Positions 6,745 through 11,717 of a stretch of DNA of 11,717 bases are shown in pieces (position 1 is the first letter of the stretch; every line of letters starts with the position of its first letter). The notes beneath the pieces were generated by a model, which made no database searches, was not told the DNA's origin, and worked only from the letters and a program-made list of their open reading frames with translations. The stretch is from a virus (lineage: Duplodnaviria; Heunggongvirae; Uroviricota; Caudoviricetes), in the IMG/VR virus record IMGVR_UViG_3300031857_000071, positions 82,271-93,987 of that record; one strand, 5' to 3'. The position numbers were made by a program, and so were the translations under genes.

Positions 6745-7578
6745 TTAGTCCTTTTTAGCGGCCTTTGTTGCTGTAGCATACATTACAGATTTTGCTTTGT
6801 CGCCGTAACGTGATTTGAAACCTGCTAGAGATTTTTTCATACCTTTGACGATGCGCTCTTTCTCGGCAGTTTCACCTTTAGAAAGTTCACGTTCGTCCAA
6901 TTCTTCAACTTCTTCTTGTGTCACACCACGTGGACCACGGTCATCTTTAACACCACCAGCTTTCATCAAAGCGGCACGGTCAGCATAACTAGAACGCTTG
7001 ACATCTTTAGCGGCAGCTTTGACGGCAGGAGATGGGTTCTTAATGTGTTTCATTGCATCAAACTTAGCTTCTTCCAAATCTTCGGTTTCTTCTTTAACGT
7101 TACCTGCAACGTCAATCATAACCTTTTTTGGTGCAAATGGATTTGCTGTTTTACCTTTAACAACTCCAGCCAAAGTATCAGTAGTTACTTTGTTAGGATC
7201 AATTTCTTCCTTTTTCACCTTTTTCTTTTCAAGTGCTTCTATGTCTTTTTGACCAGGACCTTTAACTACTGCAAATGGATCAGCCATGGAATCACGGTGC
7301 GTTTTAGCGGCATTACCATAACGGTGCCCCAAAACTCTTGTTCCAGTGGAAGTAGGAATTTTAACACTTGAGTCTTCTTCAATTTCTTCTTCGTTGACTT
7401 TCTTTTCGCCACGGAGAATTTTGAAATCGTGAGCATCAATCTTATTGTTTTTATTTTTATCGATTTTGTGCTGATTACCCTTCAATGCTTCCATTTTTGC
7501 CTTATAGTCGGCTTCGTTGATATCCTTAATAAGGTCAGCGATTGGGTCCTTTTGGGTGAATACGTTTTTGTTGAACAT
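6745..7578 (-). CDS. Modular head-internal protein candidate (277 aa) with EF-hand-like loop
   Basis: Acidic linkers VNEEEIEE, VKEETEDLEE, EEVEELDE separate basic modules. DKNKNNKIDAHDF loop near the N-terminus; C-terminal module FKSRYGDKAKSVMYATATKAAK. Confidence 0.75.
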   Translation of the reverse strand: MFNKNVFTQKDPIADLIKDINEADYKAKMEALKGNQHKIDKNKNNKIDAHDFKILRGEKKVNEEEIEEDSSVKIPTSTGTRVLGHRYGNAAKTHRDSMADPFAVVKGPGQKDIEALEKKKVKKEEIDPNKVTTDTLAGVVKGKTANPFAPKKVMIDVAGNVKEETEDLEEAKFDAMKHIKNPSPAVKAAAKDVKRSSYADRAALMKAGGVKDDRGPRGVTQEEVEELDERELSKGETAEKERIVKGMKKSLAGFKSRYGDKAKSVMYATATKAAKKD

Positions 7579-7595
7579 TTATTTCTCCGTTTAAA

Positions 7596-7889
7596 TTAGC
7601 AGTTCCATTTGCGTAGTGATAATGCTTTTCTAGTTGGTCTACCTTTTTCATCCTTCATAGGACCTGGCATTCCACCCATTCTAGCACAGAATGATTTTCT
7701 TCTATTAGCCGCTTTGCTTCCAGGTTTCAATTTGGAAGGTGGTGTTGTCACGGCCATCGATAGTTTAGAACCTGGATTCTCACGGCGATAAGAAGCAATA
7801 CCTTTACGGTTCAATCCACCTTCGGGATTTTTACCTGCTTTTCTCTGCCATGCGGCTGATTCTTCTAAAAATTGTTTGAAACTTTTCAT
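7596..7889 (-). CDS. Basic head-internal protein candidate (DUF6321-like, recalled), 97 aa
   Basis: N-terminus MKSFKQFLEE| is CTS-like; the remainder is strongly basic, with AWQRKAGKNPEGGLN, RRKSFCARM and ALSLRKWNC motifs. Confidence 0.75.
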   Translation of the reverse strand: MKSFKQFLEESAAWQRKAGKNPEGGLNRKGIASYRRENPGSKLSMAVTTPPSKLKPGSKAANRRKSFCARMGGMPGPMKDEKGRPTRKALSLRKWNC

Positions 7890-9793
7890 TTCTTTTTCTT
7901 CTTAGGGTTGGTTTCAATCTTATTTAAAGTTTCCATCGGTTCTTTATTAGATGGTCCATGGTCTCCACCGGTGACTCCCATTTCTGTGCTAGGAGAATCA
8001 ATTGATTCTTGTCTAAACTTATTGAAAGATTTGCGTGTCACCTCTGCGGTACTGGTATATTTATGCGCTGTCTGTTCTTTATATGTAACCATACCGAGAC
8101 CGGACATTGGATAAACTGTACCTGAACCACGTGTATCGTATTCAGGTGTAACACCTGCCGCCTTTATCACTTTGCCTGCTTCGGCGCCTGAGGCTTTCTG
8201 CCTCTTGGCTTTCTGTTTGTCGTTGTCTTGTTGGAAACGGGGTTCTTTTGCTGGACTTTTGACGGTGATGGTTGGGCTACTGCTTTCATAGGTTCTGAAG
8301 GTGTAGCTGGAGTTTGAGGTAACTCCTCCGTCTTTAATGTCGTCTGGCTTACCTTGTCTTCTGACGAGTTCACAGCTTGGACAGATGTTGTCGGCAAGTC
8401 TGAAACGCTTGTAAGAACCGCTTTTTTGGTCGGACCGTCCAGAGGATGTGGTTTTGTCTCCGCAGGAGCAACTTGGTCCTTCGGTAAGAACAGCTTTGCT
8501 ATTTGTTTTAGTTTCTGTAACATATTTCTTATATCCCTTTTCTAATGTAGGTTTTGTTATAAAGTTTTCAAACATCTTATTGATGTTATGTTTTTTGTGT
8601 CGAATCATCCAAGATTCGGCTATTTCATTCTCAACAGGGGTATCAAAGAACCAGTTAGTCATTTCGTATATGATAGAAATGTCTTCCTCTTTCTCTGACG
8701 TTTCAATTTCATTTGCTTCATTCAGGTCGATGGAGTTATCAAACTCCAAATACTTCTTGAATTCCTGATTGAATTTTTCTGCCACAAGTTGTGTGACTTC
8801 CCATCTCTCTTGACGTACAGATTCCGCCATCATTCTTTCATGTCCCTGATTACGTTTTCTGGATGATTCATTTGATGTGTTAACAAAAATCATCATCGTT
8901 TCGTAACCAAGTTCTTCGAGTTCTTCACGAATGGCAATAATATTGTATTGTTCGTTTGTTGTGCCAGTGATAATTAAAGGCTGGCGCTGGCGAATTGCTT
9001 CACGGCGGATGTCACGTGAAAATTCATACAATCTGTGTTTATCATTTAGAATTGATATTGCGGTGGTTGAAGTAATCTCAACAGCATTTTGTTCAGCAAT
9101 AGCTTCACGTATGATAATATCTTTACCGGAACCTGGACCACCAGAAATGAAAATGGCTTTGAACATGCCATGATTAACATTCTCATGTATGCCCATTCCA
9201 CCTCTAACATCACGGAACAATTCACGTGCATGTTTTTCTGGAACGTGGTGTGGAATACCCTGTTTGAAAGAATGAAAATCATTGTTCTGTGCATGTTCAC
9301 GCATCTTTGATGCTGACATACCTTCGGTACCCTCTGCATCAGGATCACGTTGGCCAGCAGACTTTACTTCAATCTTTTTGAAATTGTACAATGCACCAGC
9401 ATGGGTTCCATTGTATTGTTGAAGTTTCTTTTCATATTCAGGAATGCGATCTGAGCCAGCAACCATTATTAAGTGGTCATGACCCATTTGATTTAATTTT
9501 GCGGCATGTTGTAAAAACGTTGGATGTTCTTTACTTGATGCTTCAATATTCGCACCAGGAAAGAATCTTTTTGCATGAAGTAACTTCTTTTTAATTTCAA
9601 GTGGATTTTTCTTAGCATCCACGGAATGTGAAATGATAATATGGTGTGGAGCACCATGGTCATGTGCAATTTGTTGTACATGATTGACTAATTTTTCGTG
9701 GCCAATAGTAGGTGGATTCATACGGCCAAAGGCCATGACAACAGGACTATGTGTCTGTGTATCTTCTTCTATTTTTTGTAAAAACTTTTTCAT
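7886..9793 (-). CDS. Fusion: HxGH (cytidylyltransferase/NMNAT-like) nucleotidyltransferase + P-loop kinase-like (Zeta toxin/AAA_33/PNK-like) + low-complexity tail
   Basis: FGRMNPPTIGH (HIGH-type motif), AGSDR, SASKMRE. Second domain has Walker A GGPGSGK (aa 218-224, nt 9142-9122), LGYETMMIFV..S.E.S.KRN and FDNS. N-terminus MKKFLQKIEE. Confidence 0.85.
   Translation of the reverse strand: MKKFLQKIEEDTQTHSPVVMAFGRMNPPTIGHEKLVNHVQQIAHDHGAPHHIIISHSVDAKKNPLEIKKKLLHAKRFFPGANIEASSKEHPTFLQHAAKLNQMGHDHLIMVAGSDRIPEYEKKLQQYNGTHAGALYNFKKIEVKSAGQRDPDAEGTEGMSASKMREHAQNNDFHSFKQGIPHHVPEKHARELFRDVRGGMGIHENVNHGMFKAIFISGGPGSGKDIIIREAIAEQNAVEITSTTAISILNDKHRLYEFSRDIRREAIRQRQPLIITGTTNEQYNIIAIREELEELGYETMMIFVNTSNESSRKRNQGHERMMAESVRQERWEVTQLVAEKFNQEFKKYLEFDNSIDLNEANEIETSEKEEDISIIYEMTNWFFDTPVENEIAESWMIRHKKHNINKMFENFITKPTLEKGYKKYVTETKTNSKAVLTEGPSCSCGDKTTSSGRSDQKSGSYKRFRLADNICPSCELVRRQGKPDDIKDGGVTSNSSYTFRTYESSSPTITVKSPAKEPRFQQDNDKQKAKRQKASGAEAGKVIKAAGVTPEYDTRGSGTVYPMSGLGMVTYKEQTAHKYTSTAEVTRKSFNKFRQESIDSPSTEMGVTGGDHGPSNKEPMETLNKIETNPKKKKK
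8167..8523 (-). CDS. Possible overprinted gene nested in the 635-aa ORF (118 aa, Pro/Thr/Lys-rich)
   Basis: ATG start after purine-rich AAGGGA, amphipathic N-terminus MLQKLKQIAKLFLP, low-complexity linker, basic tail KPRGRKPQAPK. Same strand, different frame. Confidence 0.4.
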   Translation of the reverse strand: MLQKLKQIAKLFLPKDQVAPAETKPHPLDGPTKKAVLTSVSDLPTTSVQAVNSSEDKVSQTTLKTEELPQTPATPSEPMKAVAQPSPSKVQQKNPVSNKTTTNRKPRGRKPQAPKQAK

Positions 9794-10986
9794 ATGTTTC
9801 TGATTCCTGCAAAGTTCCTACGAGAAAATTCTGCACGGTTAACAAACTTGTCAGACTCTTTTTTATGATGGAAAACATATCCTTCTGGATTTGCCGCTTC
9901 ACCACCGTGTTCATGTTGAAATTCTTGGTGTTGATTCATTACATTAATTAAAACATTTTTTGCTTTTTGTAAATGCTGGTGCATTTTAAATAGATTATTA
10001 TAATGTTTTTTGTTTGATTCTACTTTACCCAACTCATCTTTTAATTCAGACTGTTTTGCGGTTCTGTTCTTTTCAACCTTTAACTTATCTATTGCTTTAT
10101 TTTTTGTTGTTTCCAACCAGTTGCTGAAATTTTTATGATTGGGTGTTTCACCTGTTCTAACAGTGTGGTTCATATATGTTTCTAAATGACCGCCTATTCC
10201 GTGATGCAGTTTTGTTCCATCGTACATAACACCACCGTGTGTGTCATGCACAGCTTGTGCGGCAGAGATGTGTTTATTAAATTCAGCACGATCTTTAGGT
10301 CCAAAATGTACTTTTGAAGTGTCCATTCTTGGATCAACAGAAAATACGTCTGAATGTGGTTTAAAGTTTTCGTGGTCAACTTCATGTGAAGCATTTAAAC
10401 TTTGTGCATTTTTACCTGAATATGACAAGTGCGTCACAACACCAATCTTAGCTTTTTTGACTGCATTTGCATGTGTACCATGTGCAGTATAAGTCAGACC
10501 AGATGGATTTGGATGAAAGGAAACTCCACCACCAGCACTCTTTTTATCTTCTTGTGAGAACATCATGTCACCTTGATATACACCACTCTTAGGTGCAATT
10601 TTAGGTAAATGTTGCAATGCATCTTTTAATTTACCCACTAAACCTGGAGCATGGCCATGATTCTTTTCAATGTCAGCAGGAGTGTAGTTAATCTTTGGTG
10701 TCTTATTGAAAGCTGATTTTGATGCTACAAAAAACTTACCATTCTCTGGATGATGACCATAAACAATAGCTGGTGAACCATCATATTTTGTTGTGAGTTC
10801 AGAGGTCTTTTTACCTTGTTGAATATGTTTTGCCGCAGAAGTTAAAGAGTCAATAGCATGTTTAGCACCCTTTTCTCCGTTCTGGAGGGGTCGATCTTCC
10901 ACGTGCGTGAGATGTTTAATCTGACGACTGGCACCTTCTTCGGCCGGATCTTCTTGCTCTGTTAAAAAGGTATTAAATGTTTTCAT
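9790..10986 (-). CDS. ATP-dependent ligase-like nucleotidyltransferase (DUF6267-like, recalled), 398 aa
   Basis: Motif I TTKYDG (K67), Ia-like FFVASK, III-like VYQGDMMF, IV PEGYVF, V-like DKFVNR near the C-terminus. N-terminus MKTFNTFLTE| is CTS-like. Confidence 0.75.
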   Translation of the reverse strand: MKTFNTFLTEQEDPAEEGASRQIKHLTHVEDRPLQNGEKGAKHAIDSLTSAAKHIQQGKKTSELTTKYDGSPAIVYGHHPENGKFFVASKSAFNKTPKINYTPADIEKNHGHAPGLVGKLKDALQHLPKIAPKSGVYQGDMMFSQEDKKSAGGGVSFHPNPSGLTYTAHGTHANAVKKAKIGVVTHLSYSGKNAQSLNASHEVDHENFKPHSDVFSVDPRMDTSKVHFGPKDRAEFNKHISAAQAVHDTHGGVMYDGTKLHHGIGGHLETYMNHTVRTGETPNHKNFSNWLETTKNKAIDKLKVEKNRTAKQSELKDELGKVESNKKHYNNLFKMHQHLQKAKNVLINVMNQHQEFQHEHGGEAANPEGYVFHHKKESDKFVNRAEFSRRNFAGIRNI

Positions 10987-10987
10987 A

Positions 10988-11717
10988 TTAATGTACTTTA
11001 GCAGGCACTACATTCCAGCCATGCACATCAGATTTGAATGCATTGCTTTTTGTTTTCGGTGAATAGTGTGCCAACGTTGTTAAACTTCCATCTTTTTCAA
11101 CCTTATGTATACTCACCCTATCACCGTGTTGTGTTGCGGCATATCTTGAATTTTTATTTTTAAACACTTGATTTAGAGGAGATTCACTTCCAGGTGTAAC
11201 AGTAGCATGTACTTTAGTTACAGATTCGCCTTTAGCATGTACTTTAGACCAAGGCATACTTGTCGTTGGTGTCAAATGATTTTGTAACATTTTACCTATC
11301 ATACTGTGGCCTTCTTGACCGAGATTAGTTGTCAAGTGTGTTAAATGATCGTGTAATTCTGTTGATATTTTGGTTTTAACAGCTCTTGATTTCTCATTCG
11401 CCATAGATTCCAAATCAGTCAACTTTTGATCTTTTGGTTTCTTCTCTCTTGCGGAGTCTAAGATTCTTGCTCTATTTGCCGCAGAAACACCACCATACCC
11501 CATCTGCTTATGCACTTTCTGTAAACCATCTCTAGACACCTTTTCAGTATCGAGAACTCTAGTTTTATGGTGCAACATACCCTTCATATCAATAGCAGGA
11601 TTCTTTGCTGTAATAACGCTAGATTTGCTTGATGATTTCAATGATAAACCTTCATAATGCGATTCATCAGGAGTTTTGGCTAGTGTTGAATTTTTTACTT
11701 CAACTGCAATGTCTGAT
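10988..11717 (-). CDS. Partial ORF, PD-(D/E)xK nuclease-like (5' end outside window)
   Basis: The track's TTG start at 11641 is not the true start: the frame stays open to the window edge, adding SDIAVEVKNSTLAKTPDESHYEGLSLKSSS. The DI...GLSLK pattern matches restriction-like nuclease active-site motifs. His-rich. Confidence 0.55.
   Translation of the reverse strand, partial: SDIAVEVKNSTLAKTPDESHYEGLSLKSSSKSSVITAKNPAIDMKGMLHHKTRVLDTEKVSRDGLQKVHKQMGYGGVSAANRARILDSAREKKPKDQKLTDLESMANEKSRAVKTKISTELHDHLTHLTTNLGQEGHSMIGKMLQNHLTPTTSMPWSKVHAKGESVTKVHATVTPGSESPLNQVFKNKNSRYAATQHGDRVSIHKVEKDGSLTTLAHYSPKTKSNAFKSDVHGWNVVPAKVH

Noticed and set aside
9046-10394. Minus-strand alternative-frame ORFs 9046-9348, 9493-9681 and 10194-10394
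   Set aside because: They overlap catalytic domains of the main genes and lack coding signatures.
766-10492. All plus-strand ORFs in the track
   Set aside because: They are antisense shadows of well-formed minus-strand genes, with no recognisable motifs; S/F/L-rich text is expected from the reverse of K/E-rich codons.
7886-10986. Assignment to a known NAD reconstitution pathway (NARP1/NARP2)
   Set aside because: No NAMPT-like or PRPP-synthetase-like gene in the window; the HxGH domain alone does not define the substrate.
1-11717. Stop-codon reassignment, tRNAs, CRISPR arrays, introns, homing endonucleases or IS elements
   Set aside because: Genes tile almost without gaps under the standard code; I saw no cloverleaf, spaced direct repeats, LAGLIDADG/HNH/GIY-YIG motifs or terminal inverted repeats.

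Overview
An 11.7 kb segment of a T4-like (Tevenvirinae/Kyanoviridae-type) myophage genome from a Gram-negative host. All credible genes are on the minus strand and tile tightly, many with ATGA/TAATG overlaps, under the standard code. In transcription order (right to left): a partial PD-(D/E)xK nuclease-like ORF; a KxDG ligase-like nucleotidyltransferase (DUF6267-like); an HxGH nucleotidyltransferase fused to a P-loop kinase-like domain; a run of basic head-internal proteins with T4-type capsid-targeting N-termini or repeated Glu-rich linkers that look like prohead-protease sites; a beta-rich virion protein; a conserved hypothetical; an eight-gene envelope/lysis block (i-spanin, o-spanin, GH19 endolysin, several holin-like/periplasmic proteins); a sigma70-type promoter; and the 5' part of the DNA primase (gp61), which the ORF track missed. 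The strongest lead is an apparently capsid-packaged, protease-processed, His-rich enzyme set (nuclease, ligase-like, NTase, kinase) next to polyproteins of small basic modules, which could be co-injected anti-defence or repair cargo. Family names are recalled from memory; no searches were run, so novelty is unverified.
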